Of a DNA stretch of 64,000 nucleotides, positions 41,147 through 53,253 are shown piece by piece. The notes beneath the pieces were generated by a model. The model searched no databases, was not told the DNA's origin, and was given only the letters and a program-made list of their open reading frames with translations. How positions within the stretch are numbered: the stretch's first letter is position 1; each line of letters starts with the position of its first letter. The stretch is taken from contig CAWFQB010000004.1 of NCBI GenBank assembly GCA_963817895.1, positions 832,001 to 896,000 of the forward strand. The letters are read 5' to 3'. The position numbers and the translations under genes were made by a program. The DNA is from an uncultured Chthonomonadaceae bacterium. Its GTDB lineage: Bacteria > Armatimonadota > Chthonomonadetes > Chthonomonadales > Chthonomonadaceae.

Positions 41147-42243
41147 TGGTATCTAATGGCGTAGCACTGCAATGGGAAGGGAAGCGGGCGGCGAAACAGA
41201 TGGTTCCGCCGCCTGTTTTAGGTTGCGTGGAGGAGTATGGAGCGATTAGTGAGGATGGTTGGATAAATCGTCTGATAAAGGGCGATAATCTGAGCTGTAT
41301 GGCAGCGTTGCAGGCAGAATATGAGAATAAGTTCGCGCTAATCTATCTTGACCCTCCGTTTTGCACCGGTTCAGATTTTCACATGTCCTCAACAAAAAAA
41401 CAGGCGGGAAACAGAAAGGTTTTGAGTAGTGAATCTGCTGACGATGCAGCAGGACAGGGGGCAGTTCCCGCATATACGGATAAATGGAATGGCGATCTGG
41501 CAACGTACCTGCAATGGCTGTACGACCGGCTAGTATTATGCCGGAAACTTTTGGCGGAAGATGGCGTTTTATATCTGCACTTGAACTGGCAGGCGGCGCA
41601 TTACGCGAAACTGCTGCTGGATGAGGTTTTCGGAATGGAGCGGTTTCAAAATGAAATCGTCTGGTGTTACCGGGAAGCGATTAACTCCAAGAGACGCTGG
41701 AACCGCAAGCACGACAATATTTTGTTTTACAGCAAGGGCGAACGCTTTACGTTCAATTACCAGACGGCGCAACAGCCGTATGCCGAGTCGAACATCCGCA
41801 AGTACCGACACCGGGATGAAAAAGGCGCGTATCGCCTGATGGGCAGAGGGATTGTAAACAGTCCCTTACGTTGCAAGCGCGACCTGCCGCTGGAATACGA
41901 GACGCTGTACCCCGGATTGACGTACCGGCACTATTTAGGCGGTGGCACGTTGCCGGTTGACTACTGGATGATTGACATCGAGAATCAGGCAAGCGCGCGG
42001 AGGACAGGGTATCCTACACAGAAGCCGGAAGCTCTGCTGGAGCGCATTCTGCTGGCCTCTACAAACGAGGGTGATCTCATCGGCGATTTTTGTTGTGGAA
42101 GCGGAACTACGCTTGCGGTGGCGCAAAGGTTGGGGCGCAGATGGATCGGCTGCGATGTGGGCGATATGGCGCTGCAAACGACGCGCAAGCGCCTGCTGGA
42201 AGTTGGATCAGCCTTCTCACTGGAGATGGTAACAGAAGTATGA
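41146..42243 (+). CDS. site-specific amino-DNA methyltransferase (beta class)
   Basis: LIYLDPPF catalytic motif precedes the SAM motif DFCCGSGTT; YPTQKPEALLERI. Confidence 0.9.
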   Translation: MVSNGVALQWEGKRAAKQMVPPPVLGCVEEYGAISEDGWINRLIKGDNLSCMAALQAEYENKFALIYLDPPFCTGSDFHMSSTKKQAGNRKVLSSESADDAAGQGAVPAYTDKWNGDLATYLQWLYDRLVLCRKLLAEDGVLYLHLNWQAAHYAKLLLDEVFGMERFQNEIVWCYREAINSKRRWNRKHDNILFYSKGERFTFNYQTAQQPYAESNIRKYRHRDEKGAYRLMGRGIVNSPLRCKRDLPLEYETLYPGLTYRHYLGGGTLPVDYWMIDIENQASARRTGYPTQKPEALLERILLASTNEGDLIGDFCCGSGTTLAVAQRLGRRWIGCDVGDMALQTTRKRLLEVGSAFSLEMVTEV

Positions 42244-42305
42244 AACCACCTGGCGCGGTTGATTAAGCAGACAAAAAACGATTAATTCTTTTTTTAAGGC
42301 TGCTC

Positions 42306-42334
42306 TTGACAATTTGGAGGGGCGGGTGTATACT
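42306..42334 (+). promoter_or_regulatory. rrn promoter P1
   Basis: TTGACA-17-TATACT with an AT-rich upstream element. Confidence 0.8.
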
Positions 42335-42398
42335 ATCCTTGTCTTCAGAAATGTACAGTGACAACCTCAAACGTTGAGAAAAACTTGAAAAAGCGCTC

Positions 42399-42427
42399 TT
42401 GACAAATGCAGTGAAGTGGTGTACAAT
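42399..42427 (+). promoter_or_regulatory. rrn promoter P2
   Basis: TTGACA-17-TACAAT. Confidence 0.8.
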
Positions 42428-42964
42428 ACTAAGGCTTGAACGAAAGACGCCCCGGAAACAAACTCCGAAGTGCTGTGCCAGAGAGTTCTCCTCCCGACAC
42501 AACCCACAGTGATAGAAACATTAAAGTAGTCTGGAATGTTCAACGGCTGACGCTCTCAATGTTAGAACGTTAGCTTGCTGTTGATCCTTGAGAGTCGCGT
42601 GTGAAATTTTGAGTTTCGTATACACGTGCCATAAGTAACTTTACAAATGTGGAGAAATTCACTAAAGATGGGCCAGGTTTCTGCAAAGGCTGTTCGCAGC
42701 CGATGCAAAAATAATGTTCAACATCTGACTGCTTCGGCAGTCAGTTCGCATCAAGTTAAATTGATGGAGAGTTTGATCCTGGCTCAGGACGAACGCTTGC
42801 GGCGTGCCTAAGAAATGCAAGTCGAGCGGAAGCAGCAATGCTTTAGCGGCGAACGGTCGCGTAACACGTAAGCAACCTGCCCGAAAGACCGGGACAACAC
42901 TCCGAAAGGGGTGCTAATACCGGATGTGCCCACTCTCTTGCATGTGAGGGTGAGTAAAACGCGC

Positions 42965-43060
42965 AAAAAACAGATATTAGGTAGTAGATATTAGATATTA
43001 GGGAAAGCCCGGTTGGGTTCGCTCTAATATCTAATATCTAGTATCTCCTATCTGTTCCTG
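42965..43060 (+). other. intervening sequence/extension in 16S helix 10 (V2)
   Basis: About 95-nt hairpin with (TAGATAT)n/(ATATCTA)n arms at the h10 position. Confidence 0.85.
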
Positions 43061-43320
43061 TGGCGGCTTTTGGAGGGGCTTGCGGCCTATCAGATAGTTG
43101 GTGGGGTAACGGCCTACCAAGTCATCGACGGGTAGCTGGTCTGAGAGGATGGTCAGCCGGACTGGGACTGAGATACGGCCCAGACTCCTACGGGGGGCAG
43201 CAATTAGGAATCTTGTACAATGGGGGCAACCCTGATACAGCGACGCCGCGTGAGGGAGGAAGGCCTTCGGGTTGTAAACCTCTTTTAACCGGGAAGAAAC
43301 AAATGACGGTACCGGTGGAA

Positions 43321-43366
<46 letters not shown>

Positions 43367-43596
43367 GGCGAGCGTTGTCCGAAGTTACTGGGCGTAAAGC
43401 GCGCGTAGGCGGGTTGGCAAGTCCGCTGTGAAAGCCCGGCGCTTAACGCCGGAGGGTCGGTGGATACTGCCAGTCTTGAAGGTGCCAGGGGAAGATGGAA
43501 TTACCAGTGTAGCGGTGAAATGCGTAGATATTGGTAGGAACACCAGTGGCGAAGGCGGTCTTCTGGAGCACTCTTGACGCTGAGGCGCGAAAGCTG

Positions 43597-43630
<34 letters not shown>

Positions 43631-43713
43631 CAGCCCTAAACGATGGATACTAGGTGTCGGGGGTATCGACCCCCCCGGTGCCGCCGCTAACGCAGTAAGT
43701 ATCCCGCCTGGGG

Positions 43714-43777
<64 letters not shown>

Positions 43778-43877
43778 TGTTTAATACGTCACTAACCGTA
43801 GAACCTTACCAGGGTTTGACATGTGAGGCACCGGCATGAAAGTGTCGTTCCTAGCAATAGGACCTCAACACAGGTGT

Positions 43878-43943
<66 letters not shown>

Positions 43944-44194
43944 TCCTATGTTGCCAGCGAGTGAAGTCGGGAACTCTTAGGAAACTGCCGGGGTAACTCG
44001 GAGGAAGGTGAGGATGACGTCAAGTCAGCATGGCCCTTACATCCTGGGCTACAAACATGCTACAATGGACGGTACACAAAGGGATCCGAGACCGCGAGGT
44101 GGAGGCAATCTCAAAAATCCGTTCTCAGTTCGGATCGCAGGCTGCAACTCGCCTGCGTGAAGCCGGAATCGCTAGTAACCGCAGATCAGATAAG

Positions 44195-44242
<48 letters not shown>

Positions 44243-44280
44243 CTTGAGTTGTCTGCACCCGAAGTCGGTGGGGTAACCCG

Positions 44281-44373
44281 CAACTGTAGGTTGTTAAGGT
44301 TTGCGGGTTGTAGGTGGTTAGGGAAGCGTTCCCTAAAAGCTTAGAACCTTAGAACCCTAATCCCCTAGAGTTG
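44281..44373 (+). other. intervening sequence/extension at the tip of 16S helix 44 (V9)
   Basis: About 90-nt imperfect hairpin of degenerate 8-mers replacing the usual tetraloop between TAACCC and GGGAGCCAGCCG. Confidence 0.85.
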
Positions 44374-44412
44374 GGGGAGCCAGCCGCCGAAGGTGTGGGG
44401 AGCGAGAGGGAC

Positions 44413-44467
<55 letters not shown>

Positions 44468-44695
44468 TGGACGCGGAAATTATGTGGGATGTTTGAGGCT
44501 TACGTTCTGCTCTTCGGAGTGGCAACGCTTGAACATGATCACCTTCCCTCCTAGGTCGGTACTTGGTCCCATCAAGTAAAGTTACGGTACGAATACGAAC
44601 CAGAACAACGCGCGCGACTCTGAAGGATGAACAGTAAACCTTTCAACGGCCCCGGCAACGGGGCTGTTGGATTGTGCAATCAAATATTGGCGTTC

Positions 44696-44769
44696 GGGCT
44701 TATAGCTCAGCTGGCTAGAGCGCACCCCTGATAAGGGTGAGGTCCTTGGTTCAAGTCCAAGTAGGCCCA
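44696..44769 (+). tRNA. tRNA-Ile(GAT)
   Basis: GGGCTTA...CACCC CT GAT AA GGGTG...GGTTCAAGTCC. Confidence 0.95.
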
Positions 44770-44821
44770 TCCGTTGACGATTTGTAAGCGTCAATTGTGG
44801 ATAACTATGGTCTGATATTAA

Positions 44822-44893
44822 AGCGGCAGAGTGAAACGGTTTCACGTGAGGCTCATAACCTCAAAACAGTAGGTTCAACTCCTATCGCCGCAT
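44822..44893 (+). tRNA. atypical tRNA(CAT), Met/initiator-like
   Basis: AGCGGCA GA GTGA AACGGTT TCAC G TGAGG CTCATAA CCTCA AAACA GTAGG TTCAACT CCTAT CGCCGCA T folds as a cloverleaf. Confidence 0.78.
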
Positions 44894-44940
44894 TTTCGGG
44901 AACGTTTCCAGGCAGTACATTCGTATTGATCTGAGGAAAC

Positions 44941-45013
44941 GGGGGCTTAGCTCAGTTGGGAGAGCGCCTGCTTTGCAAGTAGGATGTCATCGGTTCGAGT
45001 CCGTTAGCCTCCA
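44941..45013 (+). tRNA. tRNA-Ala(TGC)
   Basis: GGGGGCTTAGCTCAG...CCTGC TT TGC AA GTAGG...GGTTCGAGTCC; G3:U70 pair. Confidence 0.95.
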
Positions 45014-45047
45014 CCTAATACAGCCTGAAAAATCTTTATAATCAGCC

Positions 45048-45076
45048 TTGACATCGCGGCGAAGATGGTGTATATT
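45048..45076 (+). promoter_or_regulatory. putative internal promoter upstream of 23S
   Basis: TTGACA-17-TATATT with the same GGTG before -10 as P1 and P2; boxA-like GAACCTTTACAA at 45231. Confidence 0.65.
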
Positions 45077-45681
45077 ATTGAGCCGCTGATTTGCAGGATG
45101 GAAGTTGAGCTGAAAAGCTGAAACATACACTCCCAGGCAGTAAAGATTTAGCAGGCAACACAGAATTAGTTCGGACATGTTCCGAATTGATAAAGGCGCT
45201 TTTTGTTAAACAACAGGAAGCAACGCCTTTGAACCTTTACAACGGAATAGTGAAGTGTGTAGAGAGATGCAGGGGTAATGAGCATCTTGCGCTGATCTAC
45301 GATTTCAAGGCGTACACAGGTTGGTTCGGTCTTGTTCCTGCTTTAGCGGGGGGCAGGGTTGCGCATATCTTGTGGCGTCGGAGCGTTTAGCAGTGTGAGT
45401 GAAGATAGATGAATGTTGTATTGAGGTTGGAAGTGTTCGAGTGTTGTCTAAGGTGTTTAAGCGCGAGTTTGTAGGTGTAGCGCGTGTTTGCGGCAGCGGA
45501 CGCGCTGCGCAGTTCCTCTTGGTTCTCTCCTTCGGGTGTGGCATTGGGTTGCTTGTGTTGAAGGACTTTCTTGAAGGTTCTTTAGTGGAAGCGGCTTGCG
45601 CTGTGCTATGTTGGGGGAAGCGGGGTGGGCGGCGCGGCGGCGGAGTTGGTTGCAAGCGCGTTTGTTGTGAGTGGAAGAGTG

Positions 45682-48659
<2,978 letters not shown>

Positions 48660-49142
48660 ACTCTTCTGTTCGCAAGAGACGCGGTTGTGGCCGGTTTGCC
48701 GCTGTGCCGTCCTCCCGGCTTTCCCACAAGCGTAAGCAGTGGAGACAAGCGCCTTTTCCGAACCAAGCGAAAGCAAGGGCGGGCAAGGTGGGAAGACGAC
48801 GCAAACAGCAGCAGAGCCGCAGGCGCAGACAGCGCGGACGAAACGAGCTTACAAGCGAGCGCAACACAGAACGTACAGACAACGCGCAGGAGCAATCCTG
48901 CACGAACACAGTACAACACAAACAACGTTCAGCTAAGGAACCAACGTCCCTTATTTGAACAACCCGCATCTTGCACACACTTCGGTTCTTCCAAGTCCCG
49001 CTTCACGGCGCGGCTTGGAAGAACGTTCCGTTGTAGAACCCTTTTCGCATGGTTGAATATTGCCCCTGTTGAGGCGTGTTCTCAAATGCGCAGTTTGCAT
49101 CCAGACTTGGCACTCTCCCGACTTGTGGGAGTGTGCGCCGGT

Positions 49143-49260
49143 TTCTGGTGGTCATAGCGTCGGCGTCCCACCCGTTCCCATCCCGAACACGGTCGTGAAA
49201 GCCGGCTGCGCCGACAATACTTGGGGGGAAACCTTCTGGGAAGATAGGTCGCCGCCAGAA
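49143..49260 (+). rRNA. rrf: 5S rRNA
   Basis: TCTGGTGGTCATAGC...CCCATCCCGAAC...GGTCGCCGCCAGA. Confidence 0.95.
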
Positions 49261-49267
49261 TAATCAT

Positions 49268-49306
49268 AAAGAGCCAGATTTTCCACATGGAAAGTCTGGC
49301 TCTTTT
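49268..49306 (+). terminator. rrn intrinsic terminator
   Basis: AAAGAGCCAGATTTTCC/GGAAAGTCTGGCTCTTTT. Confidence 0.85.
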
Positions 49307-49385
49307 GCGTTTCACCGTAATCTCACGCGCAGGGAAAACGGGTATAATACAGTTCCCTGCTGATTGGCAGCGGGGAACAAGCATT

Positions 49386-50158
49386 ATGAAAATCATCATT
49401 GTCATTCCCACCTATAATGAAGCGCAGAATGTGCCGCTGATCGCTCCCCTCATTGCTCAGGCGGTGCCGCAGGCGCATTTGCTGTTTGTAGACGATGCTT
49501 CCCCCGATGGAACCGCCGACATTGCGGAACGTTTGTTTGCCTCCGATCCGATTTACAGAAACTATCGCGTATTCCGACGTTCGGGAGAGCGCGGATTGGG
49601 AAGGGCGTATCGCGAGGCTTTCATCAAGGTTCTAGCTGAAGGTTACGACCGTATCATTCACATGGATGCCGACCTGTCTCACGATCCCGCCTATTTGCCT
49701 GCCATGCTTGCGGCCAGTCAGGATGCCGATCTGGTTATAGGTTCCCGCTACGCGCCCGAAGGGGGAGTGCGCAACTGGCCGCGTTACCGGGTTCTGATGT
49801 CGCGCTTTGCCAACCGTATGTACAGCGCATTGCGGGAATTCCCGTTGCGGATGCCACTTCAGGGTTCCGTTGTTGGACAAGCCGCGCTCTCGAAGCCGTC
49901 CACATGGAAACTTTCAAATCGGAAGGCTACTCGTTTCAGGTGGAAATGAGTTACCGGGCGAGCCGCGCGGGAATGAAAATTGTGGAAGTGCCGATAATCT
50001 TCACAGATAGGCAGTTCGGTCAATCCAAAATTTCCCGCAAAGTGCTGATTGAATCCGCAATCATCCCATGGAAACTCCGGGCGCAATCGTGGCACCCCTT
50101 GCCGAAACACAATGAGAAGTCACTGAACAACATAAGCAACACTAAGACTTCTGGATAA
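49386..50158 (+). CDS. polyprenol monophosphomannose synthase-like GT2 (apparent frameshift near 49817)
   Basis: IPTYNE, VDDASPDGT, MDADLSHDP, IGSRY; second frame DATSGFR, GYSFQVEM, EVPIIFTDR.GQSK. Confidence 0.87.
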
Positions 50159-50182
50159 GTTACCAGGAAGGAAGATACCATT

Positions 50183-51268
50183 ATGAATCGCATCTATAAC
50201 TTTAGCGCCGGACCGGCCATTTTCCCTTTGCAGGTTCTCGAAGAGGCCAGTCAGGGAATTCTGGAGATAAATAACTCCGGCATGTCCATCCTTGAAGTCA
50301 GTCACCGCGGCAAGGACTACGAAGCCGTGCATTATGACGCGATGCAGCGTCTGCTGCGCATCTTGGATCTGTCTGCCGATGAGTATACTGTAATGTTTCT
50401 CGGCGGCGGCGCAAGCACGCAATTCGCCATGCTGCCGATGAACTATCTGCGCCAGGGACAGACAGCCGATTATGTGAATACGGGCGAGTGGGGCACGAAG
50501 GCCATCAAAGAGGCGAAATGGTTCGGCACAGTTAATGTTGCCGCTTCATCTGAGGATGTCAAGTTTTCCGCCATTCCCAAACAACTGTCGCTCACGCCCG
50601 ACGCGCAGTACGTCCATATCACGACGAACAACACCATCGAGGGTACGGAGTGGAGCGCGATACCGGACACGAACGGCGTTCCTCTGGTGGCCGACATCTC
50701 TTCGGACATCATGGCGCGTAAACTGGATTACAGCAAGTTCGATCTGGTGTACGCGGGCGCGCAGAAGAACGCGGGTCCGGCGGGCGTAACGCTCGTTGTC
50801 GCGCGAAAAAGCTATCTGGAAACCGCGCAGGACGATGTTCCCGCCATCCTCTCCTACAAAACTCACGCCAAAGCCGATTCGCTGTACAATACGCCGCCCG
50901 TGTTCGCGATCTATGTGGTGGGATTGGTGCTGAAGTGGATTGAGGCGCAGGGTGGGTTGACAGCGGTGGAAGCCAATAACCGCGCCAAAGCTGCCTTAGT
51001 GTACGATGCGCTGGATGCCCATGCCAATGTTTATGACCCGGCTGTGACCGATAAAACCGACCGTTCGCTGATGAACGTCACCTTCCGGCTCAAGAACGCT
51101 GATCTGGACAAAGAGTTTCTGGCCGGGGCGCAGGCGCGACGGATGGATGGCCTGAAAGGACACCGTTCCGTCGGCGGCTTCCGCGCCTCCATTTACAACG
51201 CTTTCCCCAAAGAGGGCTGTCAGGCGCTTGCCGACTACCTGAACGAGTTCGCGGCGAAAAACGCCTGA
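50183..51268 (+). CDS. serC: phosphoserine aminotransferase
   Basis: YNFSAGPA, EVSHRG, NNTIEG, YAGAQKNAGPAG, YNTPP, GHRSVGGFRASIYNA. Confidence 0.97.
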   Translation: MNRIYNFSAGPAIFPLQVLEEASQGILEINNSGMSILEVSHRGKDYEAVHYDAMQRLLRILDLSADEYTVMFLGGGASTQFAMLPMNYLRQGQTADYVNTGEWGTKAIKEAKWFGTVNVAASSEDVKFSAIPKQLSLTPDAQYVHITTNNTIEGTEWSAIPDTNGVPLVADISSDIMARKLDYSKFDLVYAGAQKNAGPAGVTLVVARKSYLETAQDDVPAILSYKTHAKADSLYNTPPVFAIYVVGLVLKWIEAQGGLTAVEANNRAKAALVYDALDAHANVYDPAVTDKTDRSLMNVTFRLKNADLDKEFLAGAQARRMDGLKGHRSVGGFRASIYNAFPKEGCQALADYLNEFAAKNA

Positions 51269-51286
51269 TGATTGAGGAGTAATACC

Positions 51287-51520
51287 ATGCTGACAGCAGT
51301 AGAAGGCGTGTACCGCAATGGCATAATAGAACTGCTTGAAAAAGTCAGTCTGCCGGAAGAAGCGCGAGTTGTCGTGACTGTGATGCCTCCTTCTCCCGGG
51401 TTGGTTGATTTACAGGCAAGAGGAATCACTCGCGAGGAGGCCGCGAAACTGCGCGGTCAGTTCGAGGCGTTTGCCGAAGATTGGGATCGTCCTGAAATGG
51501 ATGTTTACGATGCTCTGTAA
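51287..51520 (+). CDS. putative antitoxin (AF2212/DUF104-like)
   Basis: AVEGVYRNGIIELLE...RVVVT, acidic DWDRPEMDVYD tail; overlaps the toxin start. Confidence 0.65.
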   Translation: MLTAVEGVYRNGIIELLEKVSLPEEARVVVTVMPPSPGLVDLQARGITREEAAKLRGQFEAFAEDWDRPEMDVYDAL

Positions 51521-51857
51521 ACGCGGTGATGTTGTTCTGGTTCTGTTTCCTGAGTCAATTTTGCAGTCAGCAAAACGTCGGCCTGTTCTTGTTGTTCAGG
51601 CCGACGATCTTGGTACAGGTTTAAGGCAAGCCGTAGTTGCCATGATCAGCAGCAATATGGCGCGTTTGGGGCATTGAAGCCGTGTGGGTATAGACATTTC
51701 CACACTAGAAGGCCAGCAAACCGGCCTGAAAACTGATTCCGTTATTATGACGGACAACGTTGCAACCATTCTCGAAACACGTTTTGAACGTAAGTTAGGG
51801 CAGTGGAACGACATGACAGCCGTAGATATTGCTTTGCGTCATACGTTGAAATTGTGA
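51510..51857 (+). pseudogene. PemK/MazF toxin with an in-frame TGA at 51675
   Basis: KRGDVVLVLFP...KRRPVLVVQ...GH*SRVGI...TGLKTDSVIMTDNVAT...ALRHTLKL. Confidence 0.8.
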
Positions 51858-51939
51858 CAACGCGATTTCGGCAAAACGGTTAAAACTTTTTTGAGTTTCC
51901 TATACTCTATCTTGCTTCCCGCTTACAAGGAACTCCGGC

Positions 51940-53253
51940 ATGAATGATAAAACGAATACGCTGAAACGTACACATGTATTCGTCGGCGCTATCCTGATTC
52001 TGCTGGGCGTTTTTGTTTGCTGTAAATCCGGTTTGGGGATGGGATACGATCTGGCTCCGATTTACGTGATAAGTTTGGGGCTGATGCAGGGCAGGAACGC
52101 TTATGCCGTGGATGTTGAAACCGACCTCTTTGATCGCTACGTTCACGTTGGACACCGCGAGTTGGGCTATCCTCCCTCCTGCGCGTTTGTGATTGCGCCC
52201 CTGACGGCGGTTCCGTACGAAATTGCGCGGTTGTTGTGGTTGGGAATACTGATTGCCTGTATTGTGGGTGCGGCATGGGCCTTGATGAAAGCGTTCGCGC
52301 CCCAAAGCAGTCACGGTCAAATCCTGATTGCCTGCGGTCTAATGCTGCTTTGCGCGGGAACCCGCTGGTGCATGACTTTTTTGCAGGGCGCGCCCGTGAT
52401 ACTGCTGTGTCTGGGACTGTTTATACTCGCGTTGAAACAGCATAATGGACGCGCTATGTTCGCGCTGGCGTTTCTGGCAGTATGTTACAAACCTACGCTG
52501 GCATTGCCGTTCCTCATTTTACTGCTTGTACAGCGACAATTTAAGCTGCTGTTCGGCGTACTGGCGGCGGCTGCCCTCTTGAATATTATCGGGTTCGCGA
52601 GAATGGGGGGAATGGCGGCGTTGCAGGCGTATCGCGTCGGTATCGCGAACTTTGAATCGGTGGGAGGCAATTCCGCCAACCCATTTGCCGAAGGCGCAAT
52701 GTATCGTTGTGACTGGGTGCGGATGGGGTCTGCGCTCATGGGCAGTGACGCGATTGGCTATCAATTAGCCGCGTTGCTGACAGTGTTGACCCTGCTTTAT
52801 CTGGGCTACGCGGGATGGCGCGTCGAGAAAAATGGGCGAACGTTCGCAATGGCAAAGGCATTTCTCGCGCCCTCGGTCTGCCTGACGCTGCTATGGGTGT
52901 ATCATCAGCACTATGACATGCTGCTGCTTGTCGCGCCCTTCATGGCATATCTGTACAGCAGTGATCCGAACCGCAGTGACGCTGATTGGCGGAAACAGCC
53001 CGAAGTAGCCCTGTTTCTAGTCTGTACCCTCTTCTTCGTAGGATTGTACCCACTGGCGCAGGGCCGTCTCGTGTTGCTGCGAATTCTCGGACAGGACGGC
53101 GACATGCTGATGCGCTACGCGGTTCCTCTGCTGACATCCCTTCTGCTGATCGTTTCTTTATTCATTCTCGATGCTGAAATCAAACGTGATCGCGAGGTTC
53201 CGATTGCCGATGCGGATAACGCGAATGAGCCACCTATCGCCTTACCCGCGTAA
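51940..53253 (+). CDS. GT87/DUF2029-like GT-C glycosyltransferase
   Basis: Polytopic; DL..IY, GRNAY, YPP, YKP, HQHYD. Confidence 0.75.
   Translation: MNDKTNTLKRTHVFVGAILILLGVFVCCKSGLGMGYDLAPIYVISLGLMQGRNAYAVDVETDLFDRYVHVGHRELGYPPSCAFVIAPLTAVPYEIARLLWLGILIACIVGAAWALMKAFAPQSSHGQILIACGLMLLCAGTRWCMTFLQGAPVILLCLGLFILALKQHNGRAMFALAFLAVCYKPTLALPFLILLLVQRQFKLLFGVLAAAALLNIIGFARMGGMAALQAYRVGIANFESVGGNSANPFAEGAMYRCDWVRMGSALMGSDAIGYQLAALLTVLTLLYLGYAGWRVEKNGRTFAMAKAFLAPSVCLTLLWVYHQHYDMLLLVAPFMAYLYSSDPNRSDADWRKQPEVALFLVCTLFFVGLYPLAQGRLVLLRILGQDGDMLMRYAVPLLTSLLLIVSLFILDAEIKRDREVPIADADNANEPPIALPA

Noticed and set aside
51675..51720. Selenocysteine readthrough of the PemK TGA
   Set aside because: No convincing SECIS hairpin downstream, and no known catalytic Cys at this position in PemK/MazF.
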